A stretch of 20,000 nucleotides of DNA. Source: an uncultured virus (IMG/VR IMGVR_UViG_3300028422_001054). Taxonomy: Duplodnaviria; Heunggongvirae; Uroviricota; Caudoviricetes. The notes beneath the pieces are model-generated. The model saw only the letters and a program-made list of their open reading frames with translations. It was not told the DNA's origin and did no database searches. A program made the position numbers and the translations under genes. Below, piece after piece: positions 8,002-16,710 of the stretch (position 1 is the first letter of the stretch; every line of letters starts with the position of its first letter). The DNA is taken from the IMG/VR virus record IMGVR_UViG_3300028422_001054, one strand, 5' to 3'.

Positions 8002-10098
8002 CTAAACTTCCTCCAAGTGTTTATCTTTTAATAATTTTTTCAAAAGCTGTTCTTTACGAACAGTTCTATCTACATCTGGATCCAAAATTCTAAGCTCATC
8101 TTCGTTATAGACATACCTAGGAGTGCTTTTCATATCAGTATGACAAATATAAACTGCTGCTGCCGTAGAGTCTGAAACGTCATTTTGATACATCCCTGCA
8201 TCTGACAACAACCAACTAGTATTTTCTTTAGATTTCAAAGCATTGGTTTTCCCTTGCATATGGTCAACTTTCAACCCTTTTTTAGTAGGTACTGTAATTA
8301 ATGATTTTAGGTTATTCTTAAAATAAATCTGTTTCCCTGCTTTAAGTCTATGAGTTGATAGCAAGTTTAATAAAAATAAGTAAGGAGCCATTGTAGTCTC
8401 AACTGATTGCTTTTTTACCTGAAAACCTCTACGTTCTAACCATTGAATAGTTCCTTTAGATTCAAACTGGTCAAAAGAGATTCCGGCAATTCTAATATTA
8501 CCGAGAGTCTTTAAATCTACAATAAACTCTCTTATTGCATCCAGGTTTATTTTAGCACCATTTGATAGAATAGGAAACTGAATATCTATTATATAGATTT
8601 CTCTACCCTCTTTATCCAGCTCTTTATGACACATGGTAAATCCCAAAGCATCTGTTTTCTCTGATTGGTCTACGGATATATAACGTTCTTCTAAAGGATT
8701 TCTCCAGAACTGGTACATCCCATTACCTCTAACAAAATAAGTGTTTACTACTTGATTCCATATAAGGTTTTCTGGCTCAAACATAGAGTCGGCTAGAATA
8801 GATGTCATTATAGACTTTAAACCACCCTGGAAACATTCTTCGATACAAGATCTATTAGTAATAAACTTCGCATCGGCTCCTGCCGGAACCCCTGCATAGT
8901 TTTTCAAGTTCCTAATTAAGTCTTCGTCAAATAAAGGTTTTAACTCTAAAGGAGGGTGTATAAGATCAATCTCCTCGTATCGGGATACCTCTGAGTCATT
9001 TAATATTTTAGGTTCTCTAGAAGCATCTCCTTTAAAAATAGAAAACTTAGCTTCTGGATTCTGAATCTCCCATGTTTTATATTCCCAATAGGCTCCGGTA
9101 ACTACTTTATTACGAAAATATCCTTCAGAATCAGCCTTTGCAGATTCCCCTGTATGAATCATTCTATCTATAGAACATTCCATAGTATTTGGGGAAGAGT
9201 CCATAGATGTTCTTGCCAACCAGTTATTACCAAAACGTGAATAAATCCGTCCTTTTAAATCATTATAACTCCTTAAAATATAATCATCACTAAAACCACG
9301 ATCTAAGAAAAACGTTAACTCTGATATAGTACCTCCTAAAATAGAAAGACCTAATAACTTAGCTGGGTCTGAAATATTCTTAATACCTAAACCATCCTTA
9401 CCATCCCATGTTGGAAAAGATAAATCCATAGTTTTACCAGCAGTAGTCCAACAAACTTTAGAAGCTCCATAATCTTTTTGAGTATTCCTCATTTGCTCGA
9501 TAGTACGGCATTTTTCGTACATTGGGGAAGTTTCTAAGATATTTATCATCGGGTCTACTAAAAGCTCTCTAGCCTTATCCTGAGTGAATGAGAAGGCTAC
9601 AGCACATACTAATGATGCAGGGGAGAGACCTAATTCTTTTTTAGGATTCCTTTTAAGAAAATAGAGATAGTTTTGATACATTGCAGAAACTGTAGATACA
9701 AAAGACTTTCCTGCTCCAATAAATAATGATAATATCAAATGCCTATAGTCATTACCAAACTCCCAGTAATCCGCCATAATATCTAACCAGTACGAGAATA
9801 TATTCTCACCAGTATCCCCTAAATACTTTGGAGTCATAAACTCTGTTATCGTTGGAGGTTTCGATACATAGCTAAACTTCCAGGGATTTTTCATAATATT
9901 TAATAAGTCTTTTTGAGGAAGGTTTGGATTATTAACTAAAAACTCTAAGGACTGTTGTATAAGCTTAATATCATATTTCTCATCTAAGTCTTTATATAAA
10001 GCATCATCTCCCTGAAAAAAGTCAAGAAGCATGTTTGCTGGATCTGAAATAGCAGGTTTATGAATAATAGGTGGCTTTATATTATCAGTAATATTCAT
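8002..10098 (-). CDS. terL: Terminase large subunit
   Basis: 698 aa; Walker A IGAGKS, Walker B-like GGTISE, coupling motif MDSSP, RNase H-like nuclease motifs YISVDQS, ISFDQFES and terminal NDVSDS; SD AAGGAG. Confidence 0.9.
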   Translation of the reverse strand: MNITDNIKPPIIHKPAISDPANMLLDFFQGDDALYKDLDEKYDIKLIQQSLEFLVNNPNLPQKDLLNIMKNPWKFSYVSKPPTITEFMTPKYLGDTGENIFSYWLDIMADYWEFGNDYRHLILSLFIGAGKSFVSTVSAMYQNYLYFLKRNPKKELGLSPASLVCAVAFSFTQDKARELLVDPMINILETSPMYEKCRTIEQMRNTQKDYGASKVCWTTAGKTMDLSFPTWDGKDGLGIKNISDPAKLLGLSILGGTISELTFFLDRGFSDDYILRSYNDLKGRIYSRFGNNWLARTSMDSSPNTMECSIDRMIHTGESAKADSEGYFRNKVVTGAYWEYKTWEIQNPEAKFSIFKGDASREPKILNDSEVSRYEEIDLIHPPLELKPLFDEDLIRNLKNYAGVPAGADAKFITNRSCIEECFQGGLKSIMTSILADSMFEPENLIWNQVVNTYFVRGNGMYQFWRNPLEERYISVDQSEKTDALGFTMCHKELDKEGREIYIIDIQFPILSNGAKINLDAIREFIVDLKTLGNIRIAGISFDQFESKGTIQWLERRGFQVKKQSVETTMAPYLFLLNLLSTHRLKAGKQIYFKNNLKSLITVPTKKGLKVDHMQGKTNALKSKENTSWLLSDAGMYQNDVSDSTAAAVYICHTDMKSTPRYVYNEDELRILDPDVDRTVRKEQLLKKLLKDKHLEEV

Positions 10099-10114
10099 TG
10101 TAATCTCCTTAAAT

Positions 10115-10141
10115 AAAAAAAGAGGAGCCGAAACCCCTCTT
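10115..10141 (-). terminator. Rho-independent terminator after major capsid gene
   Basis: Minus strand AGAGGGG-TTTCGG-CTCCTCT followed by a T run (UUCG-type loop). A second small hairpin AGGAG-GAAA-CTCCT (10154-10167) lies just after the stop codon. Confidence 0.85.
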
Positions 10142-10171
10142 ATTAGTTAATTAAGGAGTTTCCTCCTATTA

Positions 10172-11668
10172 TTACATTACGTCTGTATTTAGAAGTAATA
10201 TACTATTAATATACTTATCTTGAAGTACTGCTTGGTCCTCATAAGTAACCAAACCACTTTCAGTATAGAACTCTGCTGGATGAGTTAGTTTACCCTCGAA
10301 TCTTCCAATAGGTAGGAAAACTCCGAAACTTAAAGAAGCATCATTTGCATCCTCTTCACCATTCTTGTAAACAGTGATAATTTCATCCGGTGCTACACCT
10401 GTAGAACCTGCGGCAGCAGACGCACCTGCATCGATACCACCAGAAACATCTACATATACTGGAAGACCTTCATAAGTACCAGCCTTGTAAACACCTACAG
10501 CGTTAGGTTTAGATTCTCTCACATAACCATCAACCTTAGTTAAATACTCTTGAGCAACAGCACCACAAATTAAATGTGAAATACCACCGTGACCAATTGC
10601 ATTTTGAGTTCTATGAGCAGCTTTATCAATATACTGTTTTAAATCTTGAGCTCTCATGCTAGAAGACGCAGCTCCTAGAGTTACCCAGTCAGCATCAAAA
10701 GTTATTTGAGTTGCCCAAGAAGAAACAGATTTAGCTGTTCTAATTGCTCTAAAACCTTGAGCTTTTACCATTTCTCTAGATGCTCCTGAGATAAGAGTTC
10801 TTTCAGCCCCCATCTTAAGCTGGTCATCCATCATTAAAGATGTCATGTGTGACCATTTTACTGCTAAAGGTTGTGGTTTAGCTTGGAAATCGTAAGCTCT
10901 TAGGTTAATATCCACAGTCTTTATTTGATTATACTGAGAAGGATCTTCTGTATTAACCCCATATTCAACAGTCATTGTTGCACCTGCTAAAGTAGCAGAA
11001 GCTAAAGTACCGCTTATTTCACCTGTTTTTAGGTTTACCCAAGATAGCGAAGCTAACGAAATACCAGGACCTACAATTCTTGCTTTATCAGCACTACCAC
11101 CTGTACCTGCTACACCATTATCATAACCTACTGGTTGACCATTTAAATAAATAGTAACAGATGTTGCTCTTACAACTTTATTAACGGCTGCTAAAGTAAA
11201 CGCATCTGTAGTAGCTACGTGCGTTAAAGCTGCTGTAACAATTTCTGTAGGATAATCGAAGTTAGCAAGAGTATTTCTCATAATCTCGCCTTTGTAAGGA
11301 CCTTCTGCGTAAGCTGTTTGAACTCTATAAATAGAATCCTTCATTCCGGACATCGCCCAAACGTTAAAGATATCGGATCTAATATCATTAACTGCTGTTA
11401 AGTTAATAACCTTTACAATTGTTTGTGGAGTAACTTGGAAAGTATCCGAAATCTGAGTTTCCGTCATCTTTGATAACATTTTCTCAGTATTTTCTAGTAA
11501 TCTAGCAATATTTCTAGCTTTTCTAAAGTTCTTAGTTGCTAAAGAATCTAAAGCACCCTCTTTAAACAAACCTCTCTCAGCACCCCATCTATTAATAAGA
11601 TTTCGGTCTTCTCGTAAAATTCTTTCTTCGTGAATTTTCTTAGATTCTACCATTTTATTGTTTATCAT
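10172..11668 (-). CDS. Major capsid protein (T4 gp23-like HK97 fold)
   Basis: 498 aa; follows protease/scaffold; ARLLENT N-terminal motif, AKPQPLAVKWS, GVYKAGTYEGLPVYVD, FGVFLPI; followed by strong terminator. Confidence 0.88.
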   Translation of the reverse strand: MINNKMVESKKIHEERILREDRNLINRWGAERGLFKEGALDSLATKNFRKARNIARLLENTEKMLSKMTETQISDTFQVTPQTIVKVINLTAVNDIRSDIFNVWAMSGMKDSIYRVQTAYAEGPYKGEIMRNTLANFDYPTEIVTAALTHVATTDAFTLAAVNKVVRATSVTIYLNGQPVGYDNGVAGTGGSADKARIVGPGISLASLSWVNLKTGEISGTLASATLAGATMTVEYGVNTEDPSQYNQIKTVDINLRAYDFQAKPQPLAVKWSHMTSLMMDDQLKMGAERTLISGASREMVKAQGFRAIRTAKSVSSWATQITFDADWVTLGAASSSMRAQDLKQYIDKAAHRTQNAIGHGGISHLICGAVAQEYLTKVDGYVRESKPNAVGVYKAGTYEGLPVYVDVSGGIDAGASAAAGSTGVAPDEIITVYKNGEEDANDASLSFGVFLPIGRFEGKLTHPAEFYTESGLVTYEDQAVLQDKYINSILLLNTDVM

Positions 11669-11861
11669 TCTTTAATTTCCTTTTTTAATAATTACATCTA
11701 ATTTGTTTTGTTTTTAAATAACTTAAATATCCTAAGTGTCTTCCGGATCAATATCAAATCCTTCGTAACTACCTAGGTATATGTTTAAGGTAGTTTTATG
11801 TTAATACAAATTTTTAAATATAACTTTTTTAAATATTTTTATTTAATGTTTTATTAAATAC

Positions 11862-11885
11862 TCAAGAGCATTTTCACACTCTTGA
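11862..11885 (-). promoter_or_regulatory. 5'-terminal stem-loop (GAAA tetraloop) at start of putative capsid late transcript
   Basis: Minus strand TCAAGAGTGT-GAAA-ATGCTCTTGA (10 bp incl. 2 GU), 2 nt downstream of TAACTATAA motif at 11888-11896. Confidence 0.55.
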
Positions 11886-11887
11886 TA

Positions 11888-11896
11888 TTATAGTTA
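11888..11896 (-). promoter_or_regulatory. Candidate phage late promoter TAACTATAA
   Basis: Identical 9-mer upstream of sheath gene (3177-3185); related ACTA(T/A) copies upstream of six other minus-strand genes. Confidence 0.5.
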
Positions 11897-11902
11897 CTTT
11901 AT

Positions 11903-13966
11903 TTAAGCTAAGTCACCTAACGCTGTTCCGTCATCATTACCGTAAGAATAGCTTGGTTTAAAGTTACTAAAACTTTCTTTAAAAGATGAATTATCTAAAG
12001 CTTCTCTTTTAATAATTCCGTTTAATTTAAAAATAGTATGTTGTAACTGATCATAAGTAGTACACTCTACTAAAGAACTCTTGTAAGTTGCTAAAGCAGG
12101 GTCTTTTGTAAGAATTTCTTCAACAGCTTCTCTAATTGTCTGAACATTAGCTGTAGATACTTTCTCATCAAAATGATTCATACTTTTGTTATCTAGTATA
12201 TTAGATGTTACGTTTACAGATTCTTTTACAGAATTTTTAGCTTTTTCTGCATCAGTCATATCAGAATCATCCTCTGAACCATCATTAGATTCTTTAATAA
12301 CATTAGGATCTTCAACAGCACCTGTTACAGCTCCAGTTTGTACCGGTAATTCAGGGTCAATTATACCTTCAGCACCTTCTTTAATAACTGTAGGATCTTC
12401 AACAGCACCTGTTACAGCTCCATTTTGTTCTGGTAAAGCAGGATCAATTATACCTTCAGCACCTTCTTGAACAGATTCTTTCTGCTTCTCTAATTGAGAA
12501 CGTAGCAACTTGTTTTGTTCTTTCTCTTTCTTTAATGCTGCTTGAAGAGTAGCTATCTCATTATCTTTAAGATTGTCACCTTCTTTAAACTCTACAGAAG
12601 TTTCTGGAATATTCTCTAATATAACCTTTGCTTCTACTAACTCTATCTTAAGGATTTTTGCATTATCTATTATAACTTCCTCAAGAACCTTACATTTATG
12701 ACCTGAAAATAGTCCTTCTTTCACTTTATTCTCCTCTGATGTAGTACCTGGGGTTACATTAGTTATAGGGTCTGCTACATTGTAATCAACGAGAGATAAA
12801 TCTGCGTTATTATTAGCATCTACTATAGTGTCATGATTTACATCTGCTTTATTGGTTTCAAGGCTTTCTTTAACCTCGGTGTTATCTTTATCGTAAAGCT
12901 TTTGTTTGCCATCACAGCCTTCCTCTACAACATCTTTGTCAGTTTTAGGGTCTGCTACAGCTTTTAGTATTTCTTGTTGTTTTATGTTTGTCTCTTTAAG
13001 AGCTTTAGATAACACTTCCATGGATTCTATAACTTTGTTTTTAGAATCTAATTCCTCTCGAAGCACTTTTATTTCTTCTTCAAGATTTTTTGAAACTTCT
13101 GCTGATTCTTGAAGCTTATTTTTAATCTCCAGAGATTCATTCTCTTTTATCTTCAATAAGTTTTCTTGTTCGGTTTTTATTACATCATAAGCTTCTTTTA
13201 TAGAAGCAACTACAATAGGCAATCTTGCTCTATCTTCGTCTTCGATATAACTCTCAATCACTTTTAGCTTTGCTTTTCGTTCATCTAAATTAACAATAGA
13301 TTTTGCACTCTCTATTAACTTACCGAACTCTAAGTTAAGCTCTGTTAAATTGCTTTTCACTGAATTCTCCTTAGATTCTATAATTGGTTTATTTAAATTC
13401 GATTCTTTTAGAACTTCGCCAGTAGGAGTTACTCTAGGGCTAGAAGGGGTAATATAAACTTCATAAGAAGGTACCATAACTAAATCACACCATCTGTCTA
13501 GTTCTAAATCAAAAACGTATCCTGCATCATCGATGTCACCATCAAAAACAGAAGAAACTCCTAAACTAGCTCCTAAAAATAAAGCTTTCTCTAATTTTAA
13601 ACTGAAAGCCTCATCGATTATATATACGTCAATATATAGGATATCCCCAAGTACTTGTGGATTTTTAGCTACAGCCCCTATATCTTTTGTTGAAGGTTTA
13701 CCTTCATCGTGGTCAAATAAAGCAAAAGTAGCATTCTTCCCGTATTTAGCAGCAACTCGAAGACCCTCTTTTTTTGAATAAATACGATTATTCAAATTAC
13801 GTTGGTCTAGTCTCCAAAGAGGAACCCTATACCCTATCAAATCTTGATAGGTTTGTACTCCCTCTTTTAATTTAATATCTATTTTAGATTCTGTTAACTT
13901 CTCTAAAGGAAGTAACTGCTCATTCCAGTCTCTGTAAAAATTATCTATTAGTTTCTTTTTAGCCAA
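11903..13966 (-). CDS. Prohead core protease (T4 gp21-like) fused to coiled-coil scaffold
   Basis: 687 aa, TTG start; N-terminal NLNNRIYS, FDH (His), LGVSS (Ser), DLVMVPS (Asp) gp21/S77-S80-type motifs; ~500-aa acidic coiled-coil C-terminus with many hydrophobic-X-E(S/G) sites; between portal and capsid. Confidence 0.85.
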   Translation of the reverse strand: MAKKKLIDNFYRDWNEQLLPLEKLTESKIDIKLKEGVQTYQDLIGYRVPLWRLDQRNLNNRIYSKKEGLRVAAKYGKNATFALFDHDEGKPSTKDIGAVAKNPQVLGDILYIDVYIIDEAFSLKLEKALFLGASLGVSSVFDGDIDDAGYVFDLELDRWCDLVMVPSYEVYITPSSPRVTPTGEVLKESNLNKPIIESKENSVKSNLTELNLEFGKLIESAKSIVNLDERKAKLKVIESYIEDEDRARLPIVVASIKEAYDVIKTEQENLLKIKENESLEIKNKLQESAEVSKNLEEEIKVLREELDSKNKVIESMEVLSKALKETNIKQQEILKAVADPKTDKDVVEEGCDGKQKLYDKDNTEVKESLETNKADVNHDTIVDANNNADLSLVDYNVADPITNVTPGTTSEENKVKEGLFSGHKCKVLEEVIIDNAKILKIELVEAKVILENIPETSVEFKEGDNLKDNEIATLQAALKKEKEQNKLLRSQLEKQKESVQEGAEGIIDPALPEQNGAVTGAVEDPTVIKEGAEGIIDPELPVQTGAVTGAVEDPNVIKESNDGSEDDSDMTDAEKAKNSVKESVNVTSNILDNKSMNHFDEKVSTANVQTIREAVEEILTKDPALATYKSSLVECTTYDQLQHTIFKLNGIIKREALDNSSFKESFSNFKPSYSYGNDDGTALGDLA
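12290..12468. repeat. 87-bp (29-aa) in-frame tandem duplication in scaffold domain
   Basis: Copies start at 12290 and 12377; encode EGAEGIIDPxLPxQxGAVTGAVEDPxVIK twice. Confidence 0.92.
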
Positions 13967-13994
13967 TTTAGATTCCTTAATCTAATAGTAATAA

Positions 13995-15893
13995 TTATTT
14001 TTCAGACTCTTGCTTTTTAGCAATCTCTGAAAAATCAGCAGTTACTCCATACAAAGTTTTTCTTAAAGTATTTACTACTTCAGTCGTTTTCTTTGCTTCC
14101 TCTAAGCTCTCTTTAAGCCTAGAGGTCTCTTTAAGCTTAATAGTAGATATTGTTGCTTTCATTGATTCTAAGAACCTCTTATCTAAGCTACTTGTGGAAG
14201 AGGACGCCATAAAATGTCTAGAATCCTCAACACCCTCATATCTACAAGATTCTTGTCGTGTTTTCATGATAGCTTCCCTCATTAAATCTGGAGTTAAAAC
14301 TTCTCGTATTTTAATAAAATGCTCTTGTAATATTGGATCAGAATCCTCTACGTTAATAGTCTCTTCAGTACCATTAGCAATCTCAGACACCCACATATCT
14401 AAATCTTCTTTTGGAGCTACGGACAAGGATGATAAGATACTTCTTATAGTATCCTGAGGAAGTTTTGCAGTCGCTGTAAACCCTAAAAGATCTCTAATAG
14501 TTTCAGCAGTATCCTTGGCAAGTCTGAGCCTTTCTTGATAAAGTCTAACTAACTCTGGGTCATCATCTACTGTTGGTAAAGGCATACTTAATTCAAAGTA
14601 ATCTTTATCTGGGTCATATTCCCCTGTAAGAGTCATTTGGATTTTAACTTGAGTAACTAATTGTTCAAGGATGGCAGACTGTATACTATATACAGCTTTT
14701 GCAAAGACTTTAGATTGGGCTACTAAAGTTTTATTTGAATCTCCAAAACCTTTTTCCTTACCTTGGATTAAATAAGCAATAGGTACATCTAACGCTGATA
14801 TTACGTTTTCTTCATCAGCATCAAGATCGCCTATAGAACTTAAATCCATGGAAGTAGATTTTAAGTCATACTTAAAAACACCATCTATTGTAAAAATCTT
14901 CTGGCCAACTCCGGTAGCATCCTGAGCCGAATAATCAGAAAGATTTTCTTCTATTTCTTTTAATTCCTGTAGCCTTTGAAACATCATATCAATAGGAGTA
15001 GATTCAGCATTCATTAGTGTAACTACTTCTTTTGGAAATGATGCTATTCTAGCTAAAGCTATTAGTTCTTTTGTAGCTTTCCAGGTCATGTAAGGAGCCA
15101 AAGCTGAAAGTAATAATGGTTTTCCGTAGGGAGCAAACTCATGTCTTGAAGAAGGCATTCTAAAATGAGCTACTTGCCAAGGAGCAAATACAAAGTCATC
15201 TATTCTATAACCTATTAAAGTAGATTTAAAATACTCTGAAGTTGCCATATCAGGGTCGTCTATAGCTTTTAGAAGTTGTTGCATTCTGGAATCAGTTTGA
15301 CTAAGTTTATCGTAACCGTAGTAGCCACCTTCTACTTGATGCTTAATTCTAACCGGATTAAACTCGATTCGCTCTTGTAGAGAAAAAGGATCTGCTAAAG
15401 TAGTCTCTGCTATTCCTTCTGTTGGTGTTAAAGAGTTTATAGCTATTGAATTTCCTAATGTAACAAGGTCTTCGACTATAGCTTCTAAATTAGCCTTGGT
15501 ATATCCAGCTTTTTGTAGAAATGTCTTAATCCATCTCTCTTGTTTACGTGTTCTTGCTTTCACTTGAATAGTATCATGAGATATCTTAGAACCTATAGTC
15601 TCATTCTTATAAAGTTTTACTGTTTTAGATACAGGTCCATTATTATGAGCCATCTGGTCTAATATTTGCCAAAGCTGTATTCTTTGATGAAGATTAGGTT
15701 TATCTATAGTGTAACTGTTCCTCCAATGATTTAGAGCTTTTTCTAAATCACTTGGAAGGGTTATGCCTTTATCGGCAAAAGTTCTAGGTAAAACTTCTTT
15801 ACCGCCTAAACTTTTTGAAGTTGTTTGGATAGTAATCCCGAACTCTTTTTTTAAATAATCTAAAGATGCTTTATCAAAACTTGAGGTATTCAT
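13995..15893 (-). CDS. Portal protein (T4 gp20-like)
   Basis: 632 aa; QVAHFRM...FAPYGKPLL...LARIASFP, DLSSIGDLD...ALDVPIAYL motifs typical of gp20-family portals; SD AGGAG. Confidence 0.88.
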   Translation of the reverse strand: MNTSSFDKASLDYLKKEFGITIQTTSKSLGGKEVLPRTFADKGITLPSDLEKALNHWRNSYTIDKPNLHQRIQLWQILDQMAHNNGPVSKTVKLYKNETIGSKISHDTIQVKARTRKQERWIKTFLQKAGYTKANLEAIVEDLVTLGNSIAINSLTPTEGIAETTLADPFSLQERIEFNPVRIKHQVEGGYYGYDKLSQTDSRMQQLLKAIDDPDMATSEYFKSTLIGYRIDDFVFAPWQVAHFRMPSSRHEFAPYGKPLLLSALAPYMTWKATKELIALARIASFPKEVVTLMNAESTPIDMMFQRLQELKEIEENLSDYSAQDATGVGQKIFTIDGVFKYDLKSTSMDLSSIGDLDADEENVISALDVPIAYLIQGKEKGFGDSNKTLVAQSKVFAKAVYSIQSAILEQLVTQVKIQMTLTGEYDPDKDYFELSMPLPTVDDDPELVRLYQERLRLAKDTAETIRDLLGFTATAKLPQDTIRSILSSLSVAPKEDLDMWVSEIANGTEETINVEDSDPILQEHFIKIREVLTPDLMREAIMKTRQESCRYEGVEDSRHFMASSSTSSLDKRFLESMKATISTIKLKETSRLKESLEEAKKTTEVVNTLRKTLYGVTADFSEIAKKQESEK

Positions 15894-15901
15894 CTATACT
15901 C

Positions 15902-16669
15902 CTATGCAGTTGTTATTTGTGGGAATTTAGCCCACTTTTCTTCAATTTTGGTTTCCAGAGCTTTACCATCATCAATCATTGCTTGGCCATCAACATCTAC
16001 AGGTAAATCCCCAACATCTTCTTTCTCGATTAGATTACCTAACCATTTTAAAAGATGAGCTGAAGCCAAAGAAATAACATCATCCCTATGTGAGAACGGA
16101 ACCTCTTCCCAAACGGTAATATTCTTTATCCAAGTTATACGAAGATCTCCTCCCATATTTGAATAACCATTTAGAACTCGTCCTACGATATCATTATCTA
16201 TAACTAATGTTTTAGAAGCATCTCTTAATCCTTGGGTTCGAGCTTTATTTAAAAGATAATTAGAAGTATCCATGCCAAAATTATACGGAGTTCCAAAAGC
16301 ATTACCTCCGGAACCTGCCATCATAGCTGAATTAGTCATCATATTTAAATTAGAAAAAGTATTTGGAACTTGATTAGGCCCTAAGACTCCTCGACCTTTT
16401 ATGGTTATAATTCTAGTATTAACTACACCATAACAATTTTCAGGATAATCTATAGAGAACTCACCATTTACGGGTTGTGTTGTTTTTTTGATTGGAGGGT
16501 TTACTATGTTGTATTGTCGAATAGCTTTATCAATATACCTTTGAATCATATCAATAGACTGAGTATATTGAGGAAGAAGTTCGTTGAAATCTTCTTCTGT
16601 TAAAAAAGGATACCCAAGAGGAAACAAAACTTCTTCCCGGACATCCTGCGGAACATTTACTGTTATCAC
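15902..16669 (-). CDS. Neck / head-tail adaptor protein (T4 gp13-like)
   Basis: 255 aa, GTG start with SD GAGGTG; N-terminal LGYP and C-terminal VDGQAMIDDGKALETKIEEKW match gp13-family pattern. Confidence 0.65.
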   Translation of the reverse strand: MITVNVPQDVREEVLFPLGYPFLTEEDFNELLPQYTQSIDMIQRYIDKAIRQYNIVNPPIKKTTQPVNGEFSIDYPENCYGVVNTRIITIKGRGVLGPNQVPNTFSNLNMMTNSAMMAGSGGNAFGTPYNFGMDTSNYLLNKARTQGLRDASKTLVIDNDIVGRVLNGYSNMGGDLRITWIKNITVWEEVPFSHRDDVISLASAHLLKWLGNLIEKEDVGDLPVDVDGQAMIDDGKALETKIEEKWAKFPQITTA

Positions 16670-16710
16670 TAGATCACCTCTACTTCTATAGTAGAAATAA
16701 TCCTATTTAA

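Noticed and set aside
7384..10098. TerL TAG is followed in frame by the next ATG, suggesting stop-codon recoding or a read-through fusion
   Set aside because: All long genes are intact under code 11, other TAG stops (749, 15902) are followed by out-of-frame genes, and an equivalent in-frame junction uses TAA (3921/3922); simple tight packing suffices.
8002..10098. Possible intein or intron in the long terminase gene
   Set aside because: No C-terminal HN-C/S/T splice junction or LAGLIDADG-like block seen; ATPase and nuclease motifs are in a continuous frame.
12290..12468. Direct repeats as possible CRISPR array or DGR template/variable pair
   Set aside because: Two adjacent in-frame 87-bp coding copies without spacers; differences are not confined to adenines and there is no reverse transcriptase in the window.
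12186..14457. Plus-strand ORFs 12186-12470, 12906-13112, 13533-13781, 14194-14457
   Set aside because: Ser-rich antisense shadows of Glu-rich scaffold and portal codons.
16677..16699. Minus-strand TATTTCTACT-ATAGAA-GTAGAG resembles the Cas12a repeat handle (AATTTCTACT-N-GTAGAT), suggesting a solitary-repeat RNA anti-CRISPR
   Set aside because: Loop is longer than in Cas12a repeats, both flanking conserved bases differ, and the sequence is fully explained as late motif + SD-sequestering hairpin of the neck gene.
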